Shown here one piece after another: positions 24,501-35,340 of a stretch of 64,000 nt of DNA. How positions within the stretch are numbered: position 1 is the first letter of the stretch; each line of letters begins with the position of its first letter. Under the pieces are notes generated by a model. The model was given only the letters and a program-made list of their open reading frames with translations, made no database searches and was not told where the DNA came from. This DNA is from Mytilus californianus (Eukaryota), in assembly GCF_021869535.1 (NCBI RefSeq), contig NW_026262581.1, forward strand, positions 114,700,001 to 114,764,000. Direction: 5' to 3'. The position numbers were made by a program, and so were the translations under genes.

Positions 24501-27150
24501 TTTCCTTTTTTGAACTCTTAGTTATTTGGAAATCCAGATGCAATAATAATGGATAGTGGTCAGAAACATTCCCAGTAAATTCACATTTGCTGATGTTAAG
24601 GACAGATAATTTAAAAATTTCTTGAAAAAGTATATAGTCAATTGCAGTACAATCTTACCCGTTAGCGCTAATGAAGGTTTTTCCAACATCTTTTGTACAC
24701 AGGTGTTCGTCCATAAACGTAACTATATATTTCTGTCTCAGTGAGTTATTAGAGCCAAATATTTACTCATTAAAGTCTCCACCGATTATTATTTGGTGTG
24801 TTTGGTCATAGGTTGTCATTAGTTCATTCAGTAGATCTATACATTCTTGAAATTCTATTTGACTATTTGCTGAACTCCTGGTATCTATGATGAGTTTATT
24901 TACATGGTAAATACACTGATATGATAATTATATTTGGGTCTCCACTGATCTCAATGCATTGTATCCGATTATTCCCTATTGTGACATGTCAATGGAGTGA
25001 CTATAGAATCAAGATTTTTCTTCCAAAGTATAGCTGTCTCGCCATAGCCTCTTGGCATTCTCCATGGAGTAATTGGATCGGTGGAGTCTACTGCTTTTCA
25101 GCCCCAGTATAATTTTGAAGTATGTCATTCAGCAACTTTAATTGACAGTCGAAGAGCCAATGTTCTTGAAGTATATATATATTCATAGAGTTTTTTAATT
25201 CTGTAAAAAGTGGACCACAGGTTAAAATGTTCTTACAATTAAAATCTAAAATCTTTAATACATATTTACAATTTTTTGGCTGCTTTCCTACGGGTCAAGA
25301 TTTTACAGTTTGATTTTTGGACGGTTGAGGCTGTTTTAGTATAAAAAATGCTTGTCACCATTGTTTACCTCTTAGCTTATTGGCTGACCTTCACGGGATA
25401 TGTAGAACCAATTGAGATCACTTTTTCCGATACTCTGTTGATTGTTGACCACATCTATTCTTTATCATTTCTATATGTTGGTCTGGTTGAAAGTGAATGG
25501 ACGGGGTTTTTTTTTTTATCTCTCTTTTCTTCAGTTGGAAGTATTTCAATTAAGTTTTCTATACATATATTTCTGTAATCGTTGACGTCTGAGTGTTGTG
25601 GAGAACAGGTTGCCAGTATGAAGAATAATGGTCATTTGGTTGCTGATTTGGAAAATATTAGTGATTTGTTTGTTGATTTGGAGAATATTGGTGATTTGTT
25701 TGCTCATGAGATTTTTGCTGACAGAAAGATTCTTGATTTGATAAAATTGAGAATGGAAATGGGGAATGTGTCAAAGAGACAACAACCCGACCAAAGAACA
25801 GAAAACAGCCTAAAGCCACCAATGGGTCTTCAACACAGCGAGAAAATCCCTCACGCGGAGGCGGGCTTCAGCTGGCCCATAAACAATATATGTACTAGTT
25901 CAATGAAAATGGACGTCACACTAAACTCCAAAACATATAAATGAACTAAAATTAAAAAAACATACAAGACTAACAAAGGCCAGAGGCTCCTGACTTGGGA
26001 CAGGCGCAAAAATGCGGCGGGGGTAAACATGTTTTGTGAGATCTCAACCCTACCCCTATACCTCTAGCCAATGTAGAATAAACAAACACACAGCAATACG
26101 CACAGTAAAAAATTGGTTTAGATTGTTCAGGCTTAGAAGTTCTATCACAGCTGTTGTAAAGTAGTTTGTTGAGTTCTTCATCTACTTTACCAAGTACATT
26201 TGGTGACTTTATCTCGGATTCCCAATATGAGTTTATCATTCATGGTACCATCAGGACTATATTTGTTGTCTGTGTTAGTGATACTGTGGAAAGTCCCACC
26301 GTCTCCCTGTGTTGTCTTATATGCCTCAAGTGTCTCAATTCTCGTAAATAGATTCTTTACAGTCTGTTCCAACTCTAGGTTTCTGGCTTCAGCTTTAAAC
26401 AGTCTATCCAGTACTTTAGTTTTTTCTGACATGTTTTCATTAATAGCAGTCTCATTCAACTTCGACTGTTCATCTTTTTTCCGCAGTCTCTGTTCTAGTT
26501 GTCGAAGATCTTTCAGTTTGATTTTCTGAAATTCTGAATTAACACTGGTTTCAGTTTGAACTTGCTCAGTGGAACTGTTGATATTTGTTGGATAATTATT
26601 TATTGTTAGATTTTCTTCATTCTCTTCTGTGCGTTGCGCTGAGCTACAACTTATCATGTTGCCAATTTTACCATCTGTAACTATAGTTTTAGTACATGTT
26701 TGATGATCTTGTGTAATATCCAACTGTTCATTTTCATTCTGGTCTTTGAGACCCAAGCAGGCAAAGCAGGTGCTGTTGATGGTATTCAGACATGAGTTAT
26801 GAAATTTCATTAGACAAATAGAGCAGCAATTTACATTATTTAGTATTAACATATTACATGCCTGCCAGTTCTGTACATTTTCTTCTTGCAAAAGGGACTC
26901 AGCTAAAGTTTAATTTTGTATATCATTTACCTCCAATGCTTTTATAATTTTGTTCTTTTCATTTTTTTCAAGAGTACAGACTGTACATATGTAAGTGAAA
27001 TCCTTTCTTTTACATTTTTTACATCATCTTCTGAGAATTTTTCACAATAATAATGTACCCAGTGCCCATTGATGCAAAGTACTGCTTTTGTTCTACAGTT
27101 TCTTTTACATTTGTGACATTTTTTCCAATCAGAAGACGTTTTACATCCAA
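21545..27150 (-). mobile_element. Near full-length, frameshifted CR1/L2-group LINE (PHD-bearing ORF1; APE-RT-zinc finger ORF2)
   Basis: ORF1 ~27150-25350: CHKC..LC..HWVHYYC..CTVC, a second Cys/His cluster CCSIC..HNSC..CFAC, and a coiled coil. ORF2: APE motifs FNC, LQEHW, GGDFN and SDHYP (25260-24550); RT motifs LDAKSAFDVV, QGVRQGG and PTCADDV (23400-23000); C-terminal CKIC..HFLLCC (~22090-22040). Many stops and frameshifts. Confidence 0.9.
25738..26110 (-). mobile_element. Naiad-type 3' end fragment inserted into LINE ORF1
   Basis: ATAAAATTGAGAATGGAAATGGGGAATGTGTC...CAATACGCACAGTAAAA is the same family as 14117-14620 and 19058-19563, and it splits the LINE ORF1. Confidence 0.75.
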
Positions 27151-28681
27151 AATTAAATTATTAAAAAATAAAGTCACAGGACAATTTTTCCTATGAAAAT
27201 GAGTCCCTCGTTAACGGTACATGTAGAAAAATATGTACATGTATTGCACATGCTTTTCTACAAATGTTCTAGGAAAATTGTTCAAATACTTCATTTTCTG
27301 ACAAAAAATAGAACATGGTATAGGTTACCTAGGAGGCAAAGTCTGGGAACCTGTTTACCAACATGTATAGGAAGGAAAAGAATTCTGTAACATGTATATC
27401 TTTTAGATGTATTATTTAGCATTTGATTAATAACTTTTTGCTCAGCATCCAGTGTCAAATATTACACACATATTTAGGAACATTATCATACCAACACTCT
27501 TATCAAAATAAAGAAAAAAATAAAATAAAATGCAAATAAAATGCAAATGAAATGCAAATGAAATATTTGATATTTTATAGTAGTTATGAAAGTTGAAGTT
27601 ATCAATTTTGCTAGGACAGTAAGTCTCTTTAAAATGTACTTTCTTAGACAACCCTTTATATTATTTTATAATTTATAAATTTGTATATTTGTTTCTCATT
27701 TATTGTTTTTTACATAAATCTGATAGGCCATTAGTTTTCTCATATTTTTTAATGTTTTACATTTGAAATGTCAAGGACTTTTATAGCTTCTTATATGCAG
27801 CATGGGTTTTGCTCATTGTTGAAGGTCGTACAGTGACCAACCGTTGTCATGGTTGTTAACTTCTAGATCATTTGGTCTCTGATGGAAAATTGTCTCGTTG
27901 GCAATCATACCACATTTCCTTATTTTTATAATGATTTTTAAATAGTAAAATAATGAAAATCAGGTTTCTTAGTTATAAGCATGATTAAATTCTTTTTCAT
28001 CAATTCTTCTAATAAATAAGTCTGTTATATTTCAAAAAAAAGAATAAACATGTCTTGGGGACTTAATGAAAGCTGAATCAGAAAATATATATACCTACCG
28101 AAAATTTCAAACATTACAATAAAACATTCCATTGTTACATCAGACATATACACAAATTTATTTTTAATGTTTCTTTTTACATCTAATAGATTTTCTTTCA
28201 GAACATAGAATTTTCCCAGTAAAATTACGGACATTTTTACCTAGGAAAATAAATCTTTGGACTTTTATAGCTGACATTTGACTAAAAATACTACAACATC
28301 ATGTAACCATGGACTTTTAATAGTACATATGTACACGTACTTGTAATTTGTGTCTGCACCAAATGAAATTCAGTTTGTTTTTTTCAAGTCTTCTACAGCT
28401 TTGAAAAAATGAAACTCGAAAATTTTAATTTTTAAAAAAAATGTGTTTCATATAACTTTTATATTTATATTTAGAATAATTTATATAATGAATTAGGTCC
28501 TGCCATTCCTTTATTTTTTTACAAGGGGAAAACAGGTTTGTCTGTAACCAGAGTAAATTTTATGGTGTTGAAATGACCATTAGTCAATACTTTATGATAA
28601 ACCTTAAATATGTCAAAAATAACACTAAGGTTGTAAAGATACATAAACTTTATAAAAAAAAAATAAAAAATTCAGGCTTAT

Positions 28682-29132
28682 GGTCCGGGTACACAGTTAT
28701 CGTCCTTTGATTTTCGTTGTCCACGAATATAGTCCCTAGTGTGGACAGTGTGTTACTTGTCGATTTTTTTTATACCCCTTCCGAATTTATTTCTCCATGT
28801 TTTATGACTCAAATAGTAAGTAGGGGGGTGAAATGACACTGTAAAAAAATTTGGGTCATGAATTTTAAAGTAAAGTAGTGATTTGGTCCAGCTGAAAAAT
28901 GTTAAAAATTAGCACATCGGAAGCTGTCAAAAGATTTGAAGACCCCCTTAGCATGAAATTGTCCATATTTTGAGTTAGAGCCGATGAAGTTTTCTATAAT
29001 TTTGATATAATTTGTCCCAAAAGTAGTACAACACACTGTAAAAATATTATTGAGAAAGCGCAGGTGGGATTTTTTTAATTTCCATTTATTGTCTAAAAGA
29101 AATGCACTACGAAATAACTGTGTACTCGGACC
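28682..29132. mobile_element. 451 bp MITE, copy 1 (TIR GGTCCG(A/G)GTACACAGTTA)
   Basis: Ends GGTCCGGGTACACAGTTA and TAACTGTGTACTCGGACC are inverted repeats; followed by TAAG; identical by eye to 30430-30880. Confidence 0.88.
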
Positions 29133-30429
29133 TAAGAGGTGAAATCAGGAAATATAGAATCTGTACTTTGGCAACTTCCCTGAATGATTTGATGGTGTCA
29201 ATTTATCAAATAGCATAAAACTAAAGGATTTAAACTTTTATTTGATAGAATTTCTGCAAAAATGACCAATTTTGGCATTTTATGGTCAAAATAAGCATTT
29301 CATAGCTTTTTCAATTTTGATGCATAAGTGGCATTCTGACTTTCTATCTGACAGGTTTTTATGTGTCAATATTTGTGTTTCTATGTTTCAATCCAGTTGT
29401 ATTACTCATTTGTGAACTCTGAATCTACAGAAAAGAAGATTATCTCAGACAATATGCGCAAAATGTGTTGTATATATGATCCTCGTCTAACGCCCTGTTT
29501 GGATCAAGTTAAATGTGAGGAGCTTGGAACATAAAAGTTGAAGTCCATTATAAAGACCTTACTAAATTTGTATAAAAAGCACTTAACAATGTCTTTTGTA
29601 CCTGTTTTATGTCACATAATACCTTTCTTTTCTTCTGTAGGATAGCAAGTGGTTCAAATATAAGCCTGTTGAGACTAAAATTGCATGCATGTTTTTCACT
29701 AAAAAGTGAAAAATCTTTGTATCAGACCATACTGTCTGCAAAAAAAGTTGAATGCAAGAGTCTTTTTGTGCTCAGATTTATTGTATCATGTCACCTGAGT
29801 ATAGAAATGATAGAAAAGACACAAAATTTTATTTCATATAGCTTCAATATGCATTTTTAAATGTAAATATGTGATACGGCCTAAATTGACCCTAAATTAT
29901 TTTCAGTCTTACTTGGCCTAAGACCCTTTTAAGCTAATGTGATATGTTATTTGTAAGTTTTCTTTCCATTTAAAGTACATTAAATACATATGTAAGGATT
30001 ATTTATAACCAAAAAGCTTTACAAATTTAAAATTGCTGGAAAATATTACATCTTCATGTAAGGCCCCCCTTCATTGGAAAACCTCCATTTTTAGCCACAG
30101 GCTCATATAAATTTGACTTTTTAATAATTATGATAAGTCTGATGAATCAAATGAGTACTCTATTGCTTTTAATACATAATATATTATATATTAAGGCATT
30201 TCAAAAGTATTTTTTTGCAATATTTTAATTTTTTAAGCCTCAATTGTTGATAGTTGAAAATTTTCAATTTTAACGTCTAAATTTAACACTCAAAGTTCAA
30301 TATAGAATTAGTCATATTGTCTATAATATATATCCTATTGCCATGAAACTTTGTAAGCAGTCTTATAATTTAATAAGCTTTAGTCATACCAAGTTTCATT
30401 AAGATTGGTCAACTTTTTCTACCCTATTA

Positions 30430-30880
30430 GGTCCGGGTACACAGTTATCGTCCTTTGATTTTCGTTGTCCACGAATATAGTCCCTAGTGTGGACAGTGTG
30501 TTACTTGTCGATTTTTTTTATACCCCTTCCGAATTTATTTCTCCATGTTTTATGACTCAAATAGTAAGTAGGGGGGTGAAATGACACTGTAAAAAAATTT
30601 GGGTCATGAATTTTAAAGTAAAGTAGTGATTTGGTCCAGCTGAAAAATGTTAAAAATTAGCACATCGGAAGCTGTCAAAAGATTTGAAGACCCCCTTAGC
30701 ATGAAATTGTCCATATTTTGAGTTAGAGCCGATGAAGTTTTCTATAATTTTGATATAATTTGTCCCAAAAGTAGTACAACACACTGTAAAAATATTATTG
30801 AGAAAGCGCAGGTGGGATTTTTTTAATTTCCATTTATTGTCTAAAAGAAATGCACTACGAAATAACTGTGTACTCGGACC
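30430..30880. mobile_element. 451 bp MITE, copy 2
   Basis: Same sequence as 28682-29132 in direct orientation, flanked TA|...|TA. Confidence 0.88.
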
Positions 30881-31235
30881 TAAGCTTATCAAATATATAC
30901 AAATTACAGGGTTACACTTAAAACCTGAAGGTGGACCTGGAAAGACCTGAAATATTCCATTTGATTTATTTAAATTTTAATAACTTTTGATTTAACAATG
31001 AATTTTATTACATTATAAAAATAATAATAAAACATTGTGTAATGCCAAAACTCAACCCTTAACTGGGAAATAAAGAGACCTGAACAGACCGGAAATTCTA
31101 GTCAGACTTTTTTAATACTTCAATAACTTTTTTATTTTTCAATGGATCTCCTTCAATTTTAAATAGACTTGTTATCAAATCTTCCTTATCATAATATAAG
31201 TGCTTACAATGGTAACACATATTATACACTGGTTT

Positions 31236-33170
31236 GGATGTCCTGTACTTGGCAATCGCAATACTGGTATTCCAGTATTGTGTACAAGGAATAAAATTTG
31301 CTGTTCCAGTATTGTGTACAAGGAATAAAATTTGCTGTTCCAGTATTGTGTACAAGGAATAAAATTTGCTGTTCCAGTATTGTGTACAAGGAATAAAATT
31401 TGCTGTTCCAGTATTGTATTCCCGCATTGTACCAGTATTGTGGTTTAAAAAAAACTACATCAGGTGGCATAACATAACAAATGAAATATGACAATTTCAT
31501 CAGGTATAATTAAAAAATACTAAAAGTAGTAATTATAATGATCTATAATAATAATTAATGATATGAAAACGAACATTTTTTCGAACTAATACTCATATTA
31601 ACATCAAACCATTGAATTCAATAGGGCTTTTTCTATATATGGAATTAAACTTATATTTAGAGTAAAAAAAAAGTTAAATGTAATGGTAATAGAACTGACT
31701 ATGGTGTAATTTTAGTATACTTATGTGAAAACATCATTTCATTTTTTGTAATTGATAAAGTAATTATTCAGATTGATAAAATAACAATAATTAGCCATTT
31801 TCATTTATACTGGTGTTGGAGGGACTTGTCCCCTTAGGGTGTTTATTTACCTATATGATTCGAAGCAATTAAATATTATATTCACTCTTATAGACTGCAC
31901 TGAAATCAAATGCATTTTTCGAACTATGGATTGATTCAAACAAAGGTGAGAATAAATCCCAAAGTATCCCAAAATGTGCAAAACTTAATTCTATTCTTCC
32001 TACATGAATATGAAAGGACATTTATGGAGAAAACTGGAAGAAATTGAATAGTTTATCCCCTGAAAATGACTCTCAATTTGTATTTGTATAAAATCTATAT
32101 ATTTAGCAATAATACTATGAAACTACAATACATCTTAACTACTTTGAGTAAAAAAAGGTTGAAAAATCATATTGTCCAGTAATATCCCAACAATATCATC
32201 AGCATTGTTATACCAATATATATTAGGCACTGGCTACGGTTACATTGAAATGTAACAATAATAAAAAAGTTATTGTTACATTGGAGACTAATTGCCGGAA
32301 TGCAGGGTTGGATAAGGATCTGATTAATTATGAATGTAACAATAATATTTGTGTCTACGGAGATTTATTAAACTTTAACCTTCTATACTTTTGTTGCTCA
32401 ATTCTTTGATATGTACTTGATAATAATAGTAATAATATCAATAATATTGATAGTATTATTATTATTATTATTATTACTATTATTCAACAAATAGTGTTTA
32501 GATAGTTTTAAGTACTAATTATTTTAATATTCTTCACGATACTACTACAGTTTAGTAGTGCCAAAGTCAAAATATATAGTTCAATGGTTCGATGTTAAGA
32601 AAATATTTTTCACCTGAAGGAGAAACATATATTGTATTATATGTCTCTGCTTGAAGCATGGCAGACATATAAGTTTCTATAACTTCAAAAATGGATATAT
32701 TGCAGAGTGGAATTGAAACGTCTGCAAAACCGACGTGCACATTGCTGCATCACTCATTTGTGATGGCTGCCTAGATTGGTTTCACCAAAAATGTGTCTGA
32801 CTGAAACATGCTCCAAAAACAACATACTGGATGTGTAGAAACTGCTATGGTAAATAAAAATTTAAAAAACTGTATGCAATATTGTAAAATTCAAATAAAA
32901 GTTACTTTTTTTTATTATACATATTACTTAAGTCCCAGCATACATCATGATACATTGAAGTGCATTAACGTAATAATAACACAATGCAGTGGCGATCCAG
33001 GGGGGGGGGGGGGTTCCTGTGGTTGTAACAATAACTTATTTATTATTGTTACATTTCCATGTAACCGTAGCCAGTGCCTATTTATTATTTTTTTTTTTTA
33101 CAATACTGGAACAAAATTTATTTATATTCTAGGGTATACCAGTATTGCGATCGCCGAGTACAGGAGATCC
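31236..33170. mobile_element. 1.9 kb TIR element with a nested MITE (32224-33080)
   Basis: 35 bp outer inverted repeat GGATGTCCTGTACTTGGCAATCGCAATACTGGTAT versus 33136-33170 (3 mismatches). 57 bp inner inverted repeat TAGGCACTGGCTACGGTTACA... at 32224-32280 versus 33024-33080 (2 mismatches). Confidence 0.75.
31270..31417. repeat. 34-bp tandem repeat, about 4.3 identical copies (TTCCAGTATTGTGTACAAGGAATAAAATTTGCTG)
   Basis: Directly visible; lies just inside the left TIR. The mirror arm carries only a single partial unit. Confidence 0.95.
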
Positions 33171-33392
33171 CGCTGATTGTTATAATTTTTATGATACAGC
33201 TTTGAATAATTCCTTTGTCTTATTGTTACAAAGGGTTGCAATTACTGGTTTAAACACAGTGACCAGCTAGAATGCATAGCATACAGTACTGGGAGAGGCA
33301 GGCCAAAGAGAAGCTCAGAATATATATACATACCCGAAGATCCTTTTTACAGAAAATGTAGATTTAATTTTAACTATTTTTAGTCAACTTAC

Positions 33393-33600
33393 CAGTGATG
33401 CAAGCGTTGAAGAAAGGGCGATAACTGCTTTGTTTATATTTCTTTTTTCCGATACTCAACCCAAATATTTTTAAATGCACATGAAACAAAATACACAGTC
33501 AAATTGTATAGCTTACTGTTTATTTTAGACGATTTGCACTGTTAAAAGCTACCTTTTTTTCCATGTAACAGTGTAATGAAACGTTTTTTAAATCGTAAAT
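33393..33600 (-). other. Candidate non-coding first exon of the BTBD gene
   Basis: Perfect donor CTG|GTAAGT at 33393/33392 next to the CpG-richer promoter; a second candidate donor CGG|GTATGT at 33334/33333. The BTBD ATG exon has an otherwise unmatched acceptor at 18316. The exon 5' limit is a guess. Confidence 0.4.
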
Positions 33601-33858
33601 GGCCGTTGCAGTGTATCCTATGATTTGTTTTTGCCTGGTTGTAGTTTAAACCGTTAACGCCCACGAGCAACTTCCGGTTCATGTGAACCGGTGTCACTGT
33701 CATTGAGGTCGAAATCACTTTTTTATGTAATACGGACAAAGAGCATCTAGAGTGCGACATTTAAATCCAAAAGACACATCATTTATCAAGTAAGAACATA
33801 TCCGTGCTGGACGGAAGAAAAATACAGAAGATAAACTCTATTATTGAATAATTCCGCA
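33590..33858. promoter_or_regulatory. Putative bidirectional housekeeping promoter (GPT / BTBD)
   Basis: Local CpG-richer patch between CpG-poor flanks, with a YY1-like AAATGGCC (33597-33604) and an ETS/GABP-type ACTTCCGGT (33670-33678); no obvious TATA box. Confidence 0.55.
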
Positions 33859-35340
33859 ATGTCAGACACAAATAGTAACAGCACTGTTCCGGAGACTTCC
33901 CACGTTCCTGTTGTTTTAATTGAAAATGTTAACCCGAACGTTAGGAACATGGAATATGCTGTCAGGGGACCAATTGTTGCGAGGGCTGCAGAAATTGACT
34001 CAGAAATAAAGAGTGGTGTAAAAAAACCATTTGCTAAAGTTCTGCCAGCAAACATAGGGGACTGTCATGCCACAGGTCAGACTCCTATAACTTTCATTCG
34101 ACAGGTAATTGCCTTATGTGCTTATCCTGAACTGTTGACAAGTCAAGAATTTCCTGCAGATACAAAAGAAAGAGCTAAAAGAATATTGGCAGGTTGTAGA
34201 GGAGGAAGTATTGGGTCTTACAGTGGTAGCCCTGGTGTAGAGGTTATACGCCAAGATATTGCAGAATACATTGCAAAGCGTGATGGAGTTCCAAGCAAAA
34301 GTGAGGATGTAATCTTATGCACAGGTGCTAGTGATGGTATCAAAACTATACTCAGCATGCTGATGACTGGCAAAACAGGAAATGAAAGAGCTGGAATAAT
34401 GATTCCCGTACCACAGTATCCTCTGTACTCAGCAACACTTACTGAATACAATGCCCAACCAATACGATATTTCATGAATGAGGAAAACAATTGGTCTTTG
34501 GATATCAGTGAACTTAGGAGAGCTATTGAAGAAGCAAAATCCAAATGTTTACCTCGAGCGATTTGTGTAATTAACCCAGGGAATCCAACAGGCCAGGTGT
34601 TAACACGGAAAAACATTGAAGATGTCATCAAATTTGCTCATGATGAGCGGTTGATGATTTTGTCAGATGAAGTTTATCAACACAATGTCTATGCTAAAGG
34701 ATCAGAGTTTTTCTCATTTAAAAAGGTTTTAATGGAAATGGGTGCACCATATAATAGGCATGAACTTGCATCTTTTATGTCAGCATCAAAAGGTTTCATG
34801 GGAGAATGCGGGTTCAGGGGTGGATACTTTGAAGTTGTCAATTTTCACCCAGCAGTAAAAGCCTGCTTGCTGAAGACAATATCAGTAAAGCTTTGCCCAC
34901 CAGTTGCTGGACAAGCTGTTATAGATTGTGTGGTCAACCCACCTGTCCTTGGGGATCCATCTTATGACCTTTTCATGAAAGAGAAAACACATGTTCTGTC
35001 TCAACTTAAAGAGAAGGCAAACTTAGTCACTGAACTTTTCAATTCTATTGAAGGTATCAAATGCAACACAGTTCAGGGAGCAATGTATTCTTTCCCACAA
35101 ATATTTCTGCCACCAAAGGCCATAGAAGCTGCAAAGGCTAAAGGCCAAACACCAGATTCTTTTTATTGTTTCTCACTGCTGGAAGAGACAGGACTGTGTG
35201 TAGTACCAGGAAGTGGATTTGGACAAAAAGAGGGAACCTACCATTTCCGAATGACCATCCTTCCTCCTCTAGAAGAAATAAGAAGTGTGTTGCAAACTTT
35301 TAAAGAGTTCCATTTGCAGTTTTTATCCAAGTATAAGTAA
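33859..35340 (+). CDS. GPT: Alanine aminotransferase (GPT/ALT, PLP-dependent class I), intronless, 493 aa from ATG 33859
   Basis: One uninterrupted ORF with ALT motifs [44 protein letters not shown], the PLP-lysine motif [15 protein letters not shown], and [19 protein letters not shown]. No N-terminal mitochondrial presequence is evident. Confidence 0.97.
   Translation: MSDTNSNSTVPETSHVPVVLIENVNPNVRNMEYAVRGPIVARAAEIDSEIKSGVKKPFAKVLPANIGDCHATGQTPITFIRQVIALCAYPELLTSQEFPADTKERAKRILAGCRGGSIGSYSGSPGVEVIRQDIAEYIAKRDGVPSKSEDVILCTGASDGIKTILSMLMTGKTGNERAGIMIPVPQYPLYSATLTEYNAQPIRYFMNEENNWSLDISELRRAIEEAKSKCLPRAICVINPGNPTGQVLTRKNIEDVIKFAHDERLMILSDEVYQHNVYAKGSEFFSFKKVLMEMGAPYNRHELASFMSASKGFMGECGFRGGYFEVVNFHPAVKACLLKTISVKLCPPVAGQAVIDCVVNPPVLGDPSYDLFMKEKTHVLSQLKEKANLVTELFNSIEGIKCNTVQGAMYSFPQIFLPPKAIEAAKAKGQTPDSFYCFSLLEETGLCVVPGSGFGQKEGTYHFRMTILPPLEEIRSVLQTFKEFHLQFLSKYK

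Noticed and set aside
25582-25944. Recurrent ORF KLRMEMGNVSKRQQPDQ (also at 13991-14185) as a small gene family
   Set aside because: Chance antisense reading of the non-coding 3' end of the Penelope-like repeat.
31098-31500. Repetitive ORFs (NTGTANFIPCTQYW / QYWNSKFYSLYTILE)
   Set aside because: Frame-rotating translations of the 34 bp tandem repeat; 34 is not a multiple of 3.
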